From NCBI GenBank assembly GCA_000165345.1, contig CM000429.1, forward strand, positions 192,001-256,000: DNA of 64,000 bases, given 5' to 3'. A program made the position numbers and the translations under genes. Below the pieces are notes generated by a model, which worked only from the letters and a program-made list of their open reading frames with translations, was not told the origin of the DNA and made no database searches. Below are positions 33,206 to 44,846 of this stretch, in pieces. The number at the start of each line of letters is the position of its first letter. Within the stretch, counting starts at the first letter, position 1.

Positions 33206-34055
33206 TTTTTTAAAAGAATACTATAAGCAGAATTGGACGATATTTATATTTATTTTCAAATTGTCTTTGAGTTAACCACAAAAATTGGATTAGAACTTAA
33301 AATAAATAATTCCAGTAAAAAAAATCACAGTATACTAAGATTTAACTATGATCTAAAATCCAACAAAGTTTTCGAGTAAATAATTCAATAAAGCAATTTG
33401 AAAATAAAGGCACCCCACAGAATTTTGAATAATTTACTATATATAATTTACAATACAAAATATATGGTAACTTAAGTTAGCGCAAAAAGTTTTAAGATCG
33501 AATTGATTTGATAAAGCAATATATGGTATTAATAATATTGTAAATATACTCAGCAACACCCCCATAAATAAAACAAGTAAAGCCGTTGCCTTTTTTAATG
33601 AGGGGAGTAGCTTCTAATATATATACATATATATAAATATATGTATTCAGTTCCCCTCTCCACCATTCATATTCATAATTAACAAGAAGAAGCCCTTTAC
33701 TGTTTTCTATATATTTCTACTTCCCCTCTTATCCTATTCATTTCTCACCCCCACTAAAATATATTAAATTCAACAGTTAATATATTTTGGTATCCTATAC
33801 GTGTCGCATTTGGGCGGGTTGTCTCGAAGTGCTGGAAAAATGGAGACAATTAAAGAGGTAATGGAGGAAAGTAAAGAAAATATAGAGTAAGGTCTTTTTT
33901 TTCCATTTTGCGTATTTAAGCGCAACGACAAGTTCTTTTAGCAGTGAAAAAACATAAAAAAGCGAGAGGTTTTTTTTTGAATAAAAACCCTGTTGGATAT
34001 TACAAGTTCAAGGTAATTTGTAATATTTTCTTCTTTTTAAAATCGATCAACTAAA

Positions 34056-35273
34056 ATGACAAATAGTGAGCAAAATCCTCCTTCAGAGGAGAACGTACAA
34101 GTAGCTTCAACTGGTGAAATTGAGAGTAATTATGATGAAATTGTGGAGTGTTTTGAAGCTTTAAATTTAGAGGGTGATTTATTGAGAGGTATTTTTGCTT
34201 ATGGTTTTGAAAAACCATCAGCAATTCAACAGAGAGGTATTAAACCGATTTTGGATGGATATGACACAATTGGGCAAGCTCAATCTGGTACTGGTAAGAC
34301 AGCAACATTCGTTATTGCAGCTCTTCAGAAAATTGATTATTCACTAAATGCTTGTCAAGTACTTTTACTTGCTCCAACTCGCGAATTAGCTCAACAGATT
34401 CAAAAGGTAGCTTTGGCATTGGGAGATTATTGTGAACTTAGATGCCATGCTTGCGTTGGTGGTACTTCAGTTAGAGATGATATGAATAAACTGAAGAGTG
34501 GCGTTCATATGGTTGTTGGTACTCCCGGTAGAGTTTTCGATATGCTTGACAAGGGTTATTTGAGAGTTGATAACCTCAAGCTTTTCATATTAGATGAAGC
34601 AGATGAGATGTTAAGCAGAGGTTTCAAGGTTCAAATTCACGATATCTTTAAGAAGCTCCCTCAAGATGTTCAGGTAGCTCTGTTCTCCGCCACAATGCCA
34701 AATGAGATTTTACACCTCACAACTCAGTTTATGAGAGATCCAAAGCGTATTTTAGTAAAACAAGAGGAGCTCACTTTGGAAGGTATTCGTCAGTTTTATG
34801 TTGGCGTTGAAAAGGATGAGTGGAAAATGGATACTTTGATCGACTTATACGAGACTCTTACAATTGTCCAAGCAATTATTTACTGTAACACAAGAAGACG
34901 AGTTGACCAACTCACAAAGCAAATGAGGGAGAGAGACTTTACATGTTCATCTATGCACGGAGATATGGACCAAAAGGACCGTGAAGTCATTATGAGACAA
35001 TTTAGATCAGGCTCATCTCGTGTTCTAATTACAACAGATTTACTAGCAAGAGGTATCGATGTTCAGCAAGTTTCTCTTGTAATTAATTATGATTTGCCTG
35101 TCTCACCAGAAACTTATATTCATAGAATTGGCAGATCCGGTCGTTTCGGTAAGAAAGGTGTTTCAATAAACTTTGTTACTGACGACGACATTGTCTGTTT
35201 GAGAGATATTGAGAGACATTATAATACTCAGATCGAGGAGATGCCAATGGGTATCACTGATATTCTCCAATAA
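34056..35273 (+). CDS. EIF4A: Translation initiation factor eIF4A (DEAD-box helicase).
   Basis: A 405-aa ORF with the Q-motif region [37 protein letters not shown], and [10 protein letters not shown]. Its length and order are typical of eIF4A. Confidence 0.9.
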   Translation: MTNSEQNPPSEENVQVASTGEIESNYDEIVECFEALNLEGDLLRGIFAYGFEKPSAIQQRGIKPILDGYDTIGQAQSGTGKTATFVIAALQKIDYSLNACQVLLLAPTRELAQQIQKVALALGDYCELRCHACVGGTSVRDDMNKLKSGVHMVVGTPGRVFDMLDKGYLRVDNLKLFILDEADEMLSRGFKVQIHDIFKKLPQDVQVALFSATMPNEILHLTTQFMRDPKRILVKQEELTLEGIRQFYVGVEKDEWKMDTLIDLYETLTIVQAIIYCNTRRRVDQLTKQMRERDFTCSSMHGDMDQKDREVIMRQFRSGSSRVLITTDLLARGIDVQQVSLVINYDLPVSPETYIHRIGRSGRFGKKGVSINFVTDDDIVCLRDIERHYNTQIEEMPMGITDILQ

Positions 35274-35977
35274 GCCATTATTTACTTAAGTAGTAGTAAA
35301 CTTTACTTGCTTGATTTCTTTATTTCGCTTTAATCTTTCCTCCATATTCTTGATTTCTATATATTCATATAAACTTAAAGTTTAGACCGTCCCAAAACCT
35401 AAGCTTTAGGGAATCTTCAATCCGAAACAAGTGACCGTTTAGAATTCTAAAACCTTGTGAGCTTGCATTTATCCACCACTGCCGCTACCACCACCACCAC
35501 TTCATCTCTTGACTTCTATGCCTTTTCTAAACTCAAGCCGCCATAATTTCCCGCCCCACTAAAAGTACCATACACGTCATTTCTTTATTAATTGCATGTG
35601 GTTACATGCATCCACATAAAAAAGAAAAGCTTGTAATAATTAAGAGCACAGAAGAACAGTAGGTTAATTAATAAAGGTAACAGATCTTCTTTATCCTATT
35701 CTAAAAGCAAAATGTAATTCAAATAATGAGCGAACAAGTATATATTCAATGCATACAAAGAAAAAATCATAATCTACAAGTAGTATTAAATAATTAGAAT
35801 TAATATAAGTAGATAAATAATAAAAAAGTACAATTTAACTATATAAATATAAAGTTTGAATCCACTCTTGTTTGTACTTTGTCTTTCTAGAGAGAAACTG
35901 AGAGGGGATTCAGGTGTTTGCTTTTAACAGTTTGTCGGAAACTAATCAAGTTTTCATCTTCTCTCTGGATTTACCTT

Positions 35978-38900
35978 TTAAATAACCTTTTTCTTCTTAA
36001 TTAAATCTTTCACAATTCTGTACGTGTTTTCAGCTGATGGTCTGAATTCAGGGTCCTGATAAGTCATTGATCTAAGTAAAGGAATCCAAGCATCGTGATT
36101 CTTCATAATAGAAACAGGAACGACCCCTTTGCTTCTAAAACTATCTAGAACATGAATTCTTTCCATGGCTGTAGTGAATCTTGGGCAAAGGAGCTCGAGT
36201 AGGATAAGGGCTGCCGAATATATATCTGCCTTTTCATTACATAAAGCTCCTCCTTCTGGAGCAGTATATCCAGGAGTACCAATTACTTGACCGCGTACAC
36301 TCATTTGGGAGTCCAATCTCGAAAGAGGATTGTTCATCTGAGCTTCCATTTGGCTTTGTCTTCTTCTTTCGTCCATAAATCTATTCAAATCATTGTTAAC
36401 TGCAGCTCCATTTTTTTCAAGTTTGTAGGAAGGAGTAAAAGAGGAGGGTGGTTGAGACATTAATTGAGTATCACCACTAATCACATTACTATTACCATTA
36501 TTAGTCTTAGAGTCACCGTCAAACATTAATCTAGCAAGCCCAAAATCACCAATTTTGATCTGGAGGGAGTCTGGGTTCACAAAAATGTTTTCTGGTTTTA
36601 AATCACGATGAACTATTCCCTTCTCATGAATATCTCTGATACCCTTAATAATTTGTTTGAACATATTAAGCTCAACATCAGTTCCACCATATTCGGTACT
36701 TCTGCTTGCGTCTCCAAGCCAGGATCGTAAAGTTACTCCAATGCAGAGCTCCATTTGTATCATCATAATTACCTCATAAATTGGATCGTTATCTTTACGA
36801 TTTGCTGGAGAAAGATATACAAGAGATCTATGGTGGTGATTATGATTGTTATTATTGAGGCTTTTGCTATTGTCAGTAACGGAAGATATTGAACTGACTT
36901 GTGGGAAGTTTCCAGACGATAATACAAAGAGCTCGTGATTGTTTTGAGTATTAGTAGAAATAGTCTTAGTTCGGTACAATAATCCATTATCATTTGGTTG
37001 ATTGTGAACGTCGTCAATATATATATTTGGTATTTCTTCGATATGTTCTGGAGAAGACTCCTCAAGTTCAGACTTCTCAAGAACATGAGATTCATTCTCA
37101 AAAGCTATAAAGTTTAGATCATGAGAGTCGTTCTCAAACCCATCTTGTAAAGAAGAGTTTGAAGCTAAACTCAGATTTCCAAATCTCTCACTATATCCAA
37201 TACTTAATTTATCATCAGAATGTAAACCAAAACCCTCACTTCCATCAGCGTACCTATTTCCATTTATATGTGAGTCACCATTAAAAGCGGATTCTTCAAT
37301 ACCTTGGTAATTATCTTCGCCATCTAGGTCAAAAGGAGCCCTGCTAAAGCAGGAGTCAGAGTTACTAGACTGGGAACGTTCGTCTTCGTTATAAAAGCCA
37401 AATTCATCATTACGGCGTCCTTTTCGGTTCTTTTGTGTAAACTCTAATGAGAAACGTCCTATACTGTCATTAGAAGAGGTTTCCATTAGAAGATCCTCAT
37501 CTTCTTGTGATAATTCATCAATAATGAAACGTGCTTTGATTTTGTTTGGACCCCGATCCAAAGTCTCCGAGTTATCTGCAAGTTCTTTTTTCGAGTTTTT
37601 CTTTCGTCCTTTTAGACCACTAGAGTCAGATTTACGATTCTTATGCTTCTTTGTTGGTTTCCTAGTCTCAAGAACCTTCGGCTGAATAGAAGAGTGGGAT
37701 GCAGATTTGGAACAGCCGAGACTATCAATCCCATCTACATAATTCTGTAGGGCCTCTGGTTCTTCGCACCACCAAGTATAATATCTGACCACATGCTTAC
37801 TCAAAGTAGTACGGTTTGCAGTAATTTCCCTAAAATAACGAATTCTAGTAATGTCATCGTTTGCTCCAATCCCTAATCTTAGGAACTTGATTGCATAATA
37901 AGTTCCTCTTTCCAGTTTGTGCTCGACTTGATAAACCTGACCGAACCCGCCACTTCCTATAAGCTTCACAATCTCGAAGTTCTTAGAAAATCGGCCATTA
38001 TCAATACATCTTGCAAGCTCACAACGAGGAGGAATATTGTAGAGAGAGGATGACTTAGGTCCACTGGCAGCAGATTTTGGAGTGAATGCATTTTGGCTTT
38101 CCTGGAGATTTGTTGGGGTATTTGCATTGCTTGCATTAAGATTAGCTTGACCGCGCGTTGTGGAGGCTCCAAGATGGGCGGTAATACTTGAGTTGGGCAA
38201 GTCAATTGTGAGCTTGGAGTCATCTTCAAAGCTTGTTCTTGCTCCTAAGTTATCAAAGTGATTGTTGTAATTGGGGCTTTTAGATATAGAATCATTTTTA
38301 TTATTGAGTGCTTTGAAGAAGGCATTCTTTGAGATTCCAATGAAGTTCGTACGCATATCGACCATGGAATAGCTTTTAGAGAGGCGCATGTACTTGTCAC
38401 CTGAGCTACGGGAAGGAGGGAAGTCGGTTTCTGTTTCTTCAGAATTAAAAGTAGTGACATATGAGGAGCCGAGGAATGAATTCCGGAGGTTTCCGCTCTG
38501 TTGTTGATTGTTTACACTTGCAGTATGTTTTCGTTTAGAGAGTAGTACGAAGAGCAGGATTACGTTGACTATGAAAAGTATTATTCCAGTGGTCATTGCG
38601 AGGTGATTTCTGTGATACAGAATAGAAAGGGAAGATAGGATAGAATTGGAGCCATTCTCTGACTCTAACTCGGGTGGTTTAGGAGATTCTGAGTTGGTTC
38701 CTAAGCCTACAGCTTCCGTCTGGTTGTGTAAGTTTTGCAGAGTTACCTCTTCTTCAGAAGTTTCAGTCTTATTGCCTGGGAGAGGAAGCATAGGTCTGGG
38801 AACAGGCCTGTTTGAGTTAATAACCATAGGAGTAAGGCCTTTGAGCTTGCTACCAATAAGATGACTGATCTCAGAATTTACAGGCTTAGATTTGCTATGA

Positions 38901-39976
38901 GCAAAGTCATCTAGCAAAATGTTGTTGTTAGTTCCAATTAGAGGACCAACAGCAGAGTTGGAGTAGTTACGAAGACGGCTGACATGCACCTGCTCAATAT
39001 AGTAGAAGTTAGAAGGGAAATATGGGAGAGATAACCCCTCTTTAAGAATAAAGACTTTGGAAATAATACTGTTAAATCCCAATGAAATATTTTTCAAGTA
39101 TAGAGAATTTCGTGAAGAACCAAAGAAGATAGGTATTTCTCGATCTGCTTGACCAGACTCCAATAGATGAACATTCTGGAGGCTTTGAGAATATTTGTTA
39201 TAGTTAATTCCATTAACATCTGAGTATCTGATATCCCATTCTAACTTGTTTGTGGGGATGTTTAGGGCAAGAATCTTCCAAGTAGTAACTCCAATTGCAA
39301 TGCTAACTTGAATTTTTGGATTAAGGGATGCCTCTTGATCATAAGCTTCGCATTGTTGGGACGAGGCAGAGTTTGAAAGAATTCTTCCAGTAAATAGATC
39401 AATAGCTAGGACATCAGATGTTCTGGAACCAGTAAGATATAATCCAGGAAAGAGGGAGGAGTGGAACGGACACCTTTCGACTAGATCTCCGATACTGATA
39501 CCCTCTATTGGTATAACTCCTCCTGGTAAAACTGATTTTTCAGAAAAGATATTTTCATAGGTGTTTTGGGTATTATGGAAACCTTGAGTGCTTTCAGAAG
39601 ATGTTCCAAAAAAAATCTTTCCTTGAAAAGAACAGTATAAACGAGTTGATTTAATGCTTGATTCATCGTTCCCATGGTCATAAAAGACCCTACTAGGATA
39701 AAATGTACCTTCCTCAAGGATCTTCCTTTTCCACAAGATCTTTCCATTCTCTCCAATTGACCATAAAGTACCATCCACTGTCAATACAAAGTAGATTTCT
39801 GGTAGGCTAATTCTACTAGACTCACTATTTCTGCTTGGCAAATCCAGATCACCAGCCTTGACAAGCAAGGAAAAAAATAGCTGAAAAATTAGCACTACTA
39901 ATCCCCATTTAACTAGCATTCCCTTCGTTCCTGCATCTCTATATGAGACCTGCCAAATTCTCTTTCTACCTTTCAT
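35978..39976 (-). CDS. Membrane-anchored eIF2alpha-kinase-like protein kinase with PERK/PEK-type architecture: signal anchor, luminal WD/PQQ-like domain, TM helix, and a split kinase domain with large inserts.
   Basis: The N-terminal hydrophobic segment is followed by repeats (TVDGTLWSIGENGKILWKRK). There is an internal TM (MTTGIILFIVNVILLFVLL). Kinase subdomains I-II (LIGSGGFGQVY, YAIKFL) are separated by a ~350-aa S/N/D-rich insert from subdomains VIb-VIII (HRDLKPENIFV, IGDFGLAR, GTPGYTAPE). The family call rests on the architecture. Confidence 0.62.
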   Translation of the reverse strand: MKGRKRIWQVSYRDAGTKGMLVKWGLVVLIFQLFFSLLVKAGDLDLPSRNSESSRISLPEIYFVLTVDGTLWSIGENGKILWKRKILEEGTFYPSRVFYDHGNDESSIKSTRLYCSFQGKIFFGTSSESTQGFHNTQNTYENIFSEKSVLPGGVIPIEGISIGDLVERCPFHSSLFPGLYLTGSRTSDVLAIDLFTGRILSNSASSQQCEAYDQEASLNPKIQVSIAIGVTTWKILALNIPTNKLEWDIRYSDVNGINYNKYSQSLQNVHLLESGQADREIPIFFGSSRNSLYLKNISLGFNSIISKVFILKEGLSLPYFPSNFYYIEQVHVSRLRNYSNSAVGPLIGTNNNILLDDFAHSKSKPVNSEISHLIGSKLKGLTPMVINSNRPVPRPMLPLPGNKTETSEEEVTLQNLHNQTEAVGLGTNSESPKPPELESENGSNSILSSLSILYHRNHLAMTTGIILFIVNVILLFVLLSKRKHTASVNNQQQSGNLRNSFLGSSYVTTFNSEETETDFPPSRSSGDKYMRLSKSYSMVDMRTNFIGISKNAFFKALNNKNDSISKSPNYNNHFDNLGARTSFEDDSKLTIDLPNSSITAHLGASTTRGQANLNASNANTPTNLQESQNAFTPKSAASGPKSSSLYNIPPRCELARCIDNGRFSKNFEIVKLIGSGGFGQVYQVEHKLERGTYYAIKFLRLGIGANDDITRIRYFREITANRTTLSKHVVRYYTWWCEEPEALQNYVDGIDSLGCSKSASHSSIQPKVLETRKPTKKHKNRKSDSSGLKGRKKNSKKELADNSETLDRGPNKIKARFIIDELSQEDEDLLMETSSNDSIGRFSLEFTQKNRKGRRNDEFGFYNEDERSQSSNSDSCFSRAPFDLDGEDNYQGIEESAFNGDSHINGNRYADGSEGFGLHSDDKLSIGYSERFGNLSLASNSSLQDGFENDSHDLNFIAFENESHVLEKSELEESSPEHIEEIPNIYIDDVHNQPNDNGLLYRTKTISTNTQNNHELFVLSSGNFPQVSSISSVTDNSKSLNNNNHNHHHRSLVYLSPANRKDNDPIYEVIMMIQMELCIGVTLRSWLGDASRSTEYGGTDVELNMFKQIIKGIRDIHEKGIVHRDLKPENIFVNPDSLQIKIGDFGLARLMFDGDSKTNNGNSNVISGDTQLMSQPPSSFTPSYKLEKNGAAVNNDLNRFMDERRRQSQMEAQMNNPLSRLDSQMSVRGQVIGTPGYTAPEGGALCNEKADIYSAALILLELLCPRFTTAMERIHVLDSFRSKGVVPVSIMKNHDAWIPLLRSMTYQDPEFRPSAENTYRIVKDLIKKKKVI

Positions 39977-41158
39977 AAAAAAAGTTGTCCCAAGAACGAT
40001 TTGTCAAATCAGTTCAGAGACTACATTAACTCTCTCATTCAACCGAACCTTATTTGAGCCTCTTTATCCATATACTATTATTTTTAAAGGCCCTCTGTAC
40101 CTTTAGCTATTTAGCTTCTTATTATCTTCCTACCTGACGAAAAAAATTCCGGCTGTAACTCTCTCAGAGAAAGTTCGCGCAATTATCTTCAATCTTCTAT
40201 TGTACTTTCAACTTATTTCGGAAATTTGTCTTTTCAATTCTTTATTTTCTTCTACTTTTCCGAAGTAACCTAGCTATTTCCTTGTAAATTAAACCTTTTC
40301 CACCATAATTTGCCCGCCTAAATGATCAATTTTTAAAAAATTTAATATTAAGCCACAGCTTTAAAACTTGAATGACTAGAGCCTGTTTTGACCTAAAGTA
40401 TAAAGTTTTTGCAAATTCTGTTAATTTGTGCTTTTTAATGGAATTTTACCTTTATTCGGTTCTAAGTTTTACTTTCAAAACACCATTTAGTATTATTGTC
40501 TTTATTCATGCAATAAACTTTATTGAGTGGTTTAAATTGGGGGAGCTATCAGTATTTGAAAGCTTATTTTATTTACCGGCATTTGCATGTTATCCACTCT
40601 GCATGGCTTGCATACTATTTCTGGCATTTGCATGCAAGCCGGTATTCAGACTATTACTCCCCAAATTGTTAATTATTACTTTTTTTTAGGCAATGCGAAA
40701 GCAAACTTTAGATTGGTTGATAAACTTGCTACTGTCTTATCATTATTATTATTACTATTATTATTGCTTCTATTAGTGAACTAGTTTGGCTAAATGCGAT
40801 AATAGAAATTCTATTATAATCAGGTTAGCTATTAAAAAAATAGTATCCCAAAAAATTCCAGGTAAAATTCAAACCTTTCTGGTTGAAATTCTAACACCTA
40901 TTTATTTCTAAAGGGTTCGTTAACTTGACAAAATTTTTCAAATATCGACTTTTTAATTAAACTGACGTAAAAATAAAACACACCCAAAAGTACCTTACTA
41001 AGGGTTACAAAATATCAAATTAGTACAAAATTTCTTAAAATGGCTTTCGTTTCGATATAGTTCATTATTTTCTTGTTCAAATATTAAAAAAATTTTCGCC
41101 ACAAATTAATATTTTACTTTAAGAATAACTTATAATTCAACCCTACCCACTCACGTGA

Positions 41159-41232
41159 GCTGTCTTAGCTCAGCACGGTAGAGCGCCAGCCTTTTAAGCT
41201 GGTGGTCATGGGTTCGATCCCCATAGACAGCG
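41159..41232 (+). tRNA. tRNA-Lys (anticodon TTT/UUU), 74 nt. A T5 tract immediately 3' fits a Pol III terminator.
   Basis: I folded it by hand as a cloverleaf: acceptor GCTGTCT/AGACAGC, D-arm GCTC..GAGC, anticodon stem CCAGC/GCTGG with loop CTTTTAA, T-arm ATGGG-TTCGATC-CCCAT, discriminator G, then TTTTT. Confidence 0.85.
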
Positions 41233-42268
41233 TTTTTGTCCAACAGATCGGTGTTTCCCGCCTTGTCTTTTGAAATCATTTTGTTAAATAGCAAATTAAT
41301 ATTAATAAGTTAGAGGTAATACAAATTAATAGTCTCTGTTGACAAACTGGAAAGCCAATTTTATTCAATTTTTTTTTTTTAAATATATTAATTTTCCCCT
41401 CTATAAATTTTTAGCTATTTAAGCTAAGAAAAAAATTTTGTATAAAAAGTTAAGTACATTAGTGTGAATAGTTTTAGGTTTTGGATTTTTTTTAGAACCT
41501 TCATAAAGTCTCTTATAAGGAAAATATCAGCAGGTTCTTGACAAAAAGAGAAAATAAGGACAGAAGTAGATAATTTTTTATTTGGGCAAAAAAGTGATTA
41601 TTGAAATTAGTATTGATGTTATTACATGTACTTTAACTTGCCCCCCTCATAAATAAAGTAGTTTGCAAAATAATTACACACTAAAATTAATAGTAAATTT
41701 GTGCGAGTGCAAATTATGGATTAAGTTCATACTTGCTATAGAAAATAATTTTTTTAAGTAAATAATTCAGTATTTGCTATAATATATTCCCATTTCATGG
41801 GAATTATTAAATATAAATTATTCATATATTTTTAAGTTTGTGAAAAATATTTACGTATATAATTATTTTTACCCTCGCAAGTTTCTCCACCTGCATGGCT
41901 TGTCGGGTTTGATATTTAGGCGGTACAATCCTCTCTGAATAAACGGAAGAAAAATATTCCCCTTTTTGGACTTTTCACATTTTCTGGAATTAGAGAGGAA
42001 AATAAAAATAAAAATAAAAATAAAAAAACAAAAATTAATTCAAAGACGATTGGAAATAGATTTATTAAATATCAACTTATTTGAAGCATTTTTTTCAAGT
42101 ATTTTAGAAACAGTTGGTATTAATTCAAGTATTTGCCAGACATTATATAACTTCAAAACTTGAATATAAAATAATATTCTCTTTTTATTTGATATAAAAT
42201 AAAAAAGACTTAAATTAATAGCAAATATAGATTTTTTTTTTTGAATACAGAAATTAATAATATTCATA

Positions 42269-42844
42269 ATGGATTCAAATACGCCTCCAGTCTCATCTAG
42301 TCCAGCCCATTCTCCTTCATTATGTTTAAATAACTGTGGCTTTTATGGAAATCCAACAACAAATAACCTCTGTAGCAAATGTTATAAAGATAGTATTTCA
42401 GGAAACAGTGTCAGTAATCAGAGCTCAGTAAGTCATCCTCAGAGTAGTGATTCAGTAGGCCCCTCAAAAGATTCTGAATGCGGTTTCTTAGAAACTTCAA
42501 AAGAATTTAAACAAGAATCAAGTAGCCCTACACTAATTGAACAAGAAATCACTTCTATAGAAACAACAAAAGAGAAAGACTCCCAAGATTTGACTACGGA
42601 ACCTGCATCTTCTTCGGCTTCATTATCCTCACCCACTGAAAAACCTTCAATCCCAGGAAGATGTTACCATTGTAATAAAAAGGTTGGGATTTATGGATTT
42701 AACTGCCGATGTGGCTTCAACTTCTGTAGTACTCACAGATATGCAGATGCTCATGATTGCACATTTGATTATAAGACATTTGAAAGGGAGCAGCTTAGAA
42801 AGACTAACCAAGCAGTTATTGCTGACAAAATCCAAAGAATTTGA
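42269..42844 (+). CDS. A20-type and AN1-type zinc-finger protein (stress-associated-protein family).
   Basis: The N-terminal A20 finger is CLNNCGFYGNPTTNNLCSKCYKD. The C-terminal AN1 finger is CYHCNKKVGIYGFNCRCGFNFCSTHRYADAHDC. Confidence 0.85.
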   Translation: MDSNTPPVSSSPAHSPSLCLNNCGFYGNPTTNNLCSKCYKDSISGNSVSNQSSVSHPQSSDSVGPSKDSECGFLETSKEFKQESSSPTLIEQEITSIETTKEKDSQDLTTEPASSSASLSSPTEKPSIPGRCYHCNKKVGIYGFNCRCGFNFCSTHRYADAHDCTFDYKTFEREQLRKTNQAVIADKIQRI

Positions 42845-43646
42845 CTCTACTGTTTTCACTGGGGTATTATTTATAATCAAAATTATAATATAGAGAATAC
42901 CCGGAAGATTGACTTCTCTCAATTAGGAATTTGGAGAATTCATATAAGAAAAGCAATGCCTTTTTATTCAAATGTTTTTCCCCTCATATTTATTACTAGT
43001 TTTTCAACCTAATTTCCATTTAAATTAATTGTTATCTACTTTCTACTTGTTTTGACTATTTTTCTATTCTCGACAAATCTTTTGTATTTTCTAGTTTAAC
43101 AGACTACTTGCTTAACCTAAGAAGCTGTATTTATAGGTTTAATCAATAGCACCTCATATCTAGAGTTTTTGAGGATTGAAGCAAAGCTTTAATACAAAAT
43201 ATTCATATTAAAACAATCTCATTTCTTCCTATTATTTCCACTTAGTGCATGCAATAAATACAAAAATCATTTTAGGCGCCACCCGACGCCACGTGTGCAT
43301 GCAATTATCTTGGTAAACTAGATGAGCTGGGTCAAGGGTTGACCTAGAAAAAGAGAGAAAAATTGAAATTCTGAAAATTAAGTAAATTAGAGCGATTTAA
43401 AGAGGAAAATTGGAAGGTTTAAGATAAGTAAAGGAAATTAGGATTCTTAATCCTTTCTTTAGTGTCGATTGTTAATTCAATAATTAAACAGAGGTGCTAA
43501 TTTACTAATTTAGGTAGAGAATAGACAACATAACATAATTCAAGTCCACTTTTTTTTTCAGAAATTCCAAAGAATTAATTAAAAATTAACAGTTTTAATT
43601 AAAACAGAATTGTGTAATCAAATTTTAACTTTATTTGAAAAAAAAA

Positions 43647-44846
43647 ATGTCGTCTTTCTCAGGAGATCAAGCTGCAAATGGAGAACAATGCATAGTAATT
43701 GACTGTGGATCAGCTTATATGAAGGCAGGAACTGACAGTGATAAAAGTCCAACATGCATTTTCCCTTCAATGGTAGGCCAGTATAGATCAAGATATGTTC
43801 CAGAAGATGAGGATAATAACCCTATTTTTGTAGGAGAGGAAGCAATTGCGCAAAGAAAGAAGTTATCTTTAACATTTCCAATTGATCATGGCCATATTGA
43901 TGACTGGACAAAGTTTGAAGAGTTATTAAATTATCTATTTTATAGAGGCTTGGATATTGATCCTATTGATAGCTCAGTAATTATCACAAAACCTCCTTTA
44001 TGTAGTAACAGGCATGAAGAAAAAATTACAGAGTTAATGTTTGAGATGTTTCAGACGCAAAGCTTAAATATAGCTTTACAGGGATTAATGGCATTATATA
44101 GTGCAGGTAGAACAACAGGAGTTGCTTGTGATATTGGAGAAGGAGTTACACAAGTTGTTCCAGTTTATGATGGTTATTGTGATTCCAGCTCTCTCAGAAG
44201 GGCAGATATTGGCGGACAAGAAATTACTATGTATCTACAAAAGCTTTTATCTGACAAGGGTTATATTGCAACAACTAGGGATGACTTAGAACATGTAAGA
44301 ATTATTAAAGAAACTTTATGTTATATTGCAAAAGACCCTGCAGCAGAAAATGAGCGTCCTGAAGAAGAGATTAATGAGGTATATACTTTACCTGACGGAC
44401 TAACACTTCATGATGAACATACAAATAAGATTGAAATTGACAAGGAAAGGTTCTATGCTCCTGAGGTTATTTTTGACCCAAAACTTATAATGAGAGATGT
44501 ACAGCCAGTTCACGAACTGATCATGGAATCCATTATGTCTTCTCCTATGGAAGTTAGGAAAACACTTATGGGTTCTATATTACTTAGTGGAGGTACATCT
44601 CTTACAACAGGTATTGAAGAGAGATTAGAAGAAGAGTTAATGTATATTTGCCCTTCCCAGGCTAAAAGTAATATTAGAGTTACTCCTGCTGACGATCGTA
44701 ACTATGCTATTTGGAAAGGAGCTCAGTTATTTAGTGCTTTAAGAGATTATCAGGAGAATCTTTGGATATCAAGAGATGAGTACTTAGAGGAAGGAGTTAA
44801 TATTTGTATCAAGAAACAGCCTTTCTTCAGTTCTATACCAAAGTAA
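43647..44846 (+). CDS. Actin-related / actin-like protein, a divergent actin-fold ATPase. The ORF-track start at 43635 is a TTG; the ATG at 43647 is the likely start.
   Basis: It has actin-fold phosphate-1 and other motifs: CIVIDCGSAYMKAG, VGEEA, LMFEMFQT, ALYSAGRTTGVACDIGEGVTQVVPVYDGY, ILLSGGTSL. Identity to conventional actin is low, so it is an Arp/ALP rather than actin. Confidence 0.8.
   Translation: MSSFSGDQAANGEQCIVIDCGSAYMKAGTDSDKSPTCIFPSMVGQYRSRYVPEDEDNNPIFVGEEAIAQRKKLSLTFPIDHGHIDDWTKFEELLNYLFYRGLDIDPIDSSVIITKPPLCSNRHEEKITELMFEMFQTQSLNIALQGLMALYSAGRTTGVACDIGEGVTQVVPVYDGYCDSSSLRRADIGGQEITMYLQKLLSDKGYIATTRDDLEHVRIIKETLCYIAKDPAAENERPEEEINEVYTLPDGLTLHDEHTNKIEIDKERFYAPEVIFDPKLIMRDVQPVHELIMESIMSSPMEVRKTLMGSILLSGGTSLTTGIEERLEEELMYICPSQAKSNIRVTPADDRNYAIWKGAQLFSALRDYQENLWISRDEYLEEGVNICIKKQPFFSSIPK

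Noticed and set aside
40372-40784. ORFs 40372..40689 and 40587..40784 (+) upstream of the PERK-like kinase
   Set aside because: These are hydrophobic, low-complexity translations in a promoter region full of GCATGC/CCGGTAT motifs. They have no coding-like composition and overlap the regulatory block.
41150-41158. CACGTGAGC / TCACGTGA palindrome immediately 5' of the tRNA-Lys, as a possible regulatory E-box
   Set aside because: It is a single 8-bp palindrome. tRNA genes use internal A/B-box promoters, and bHLH factors are not expected here. It is insufficient evidence for function.
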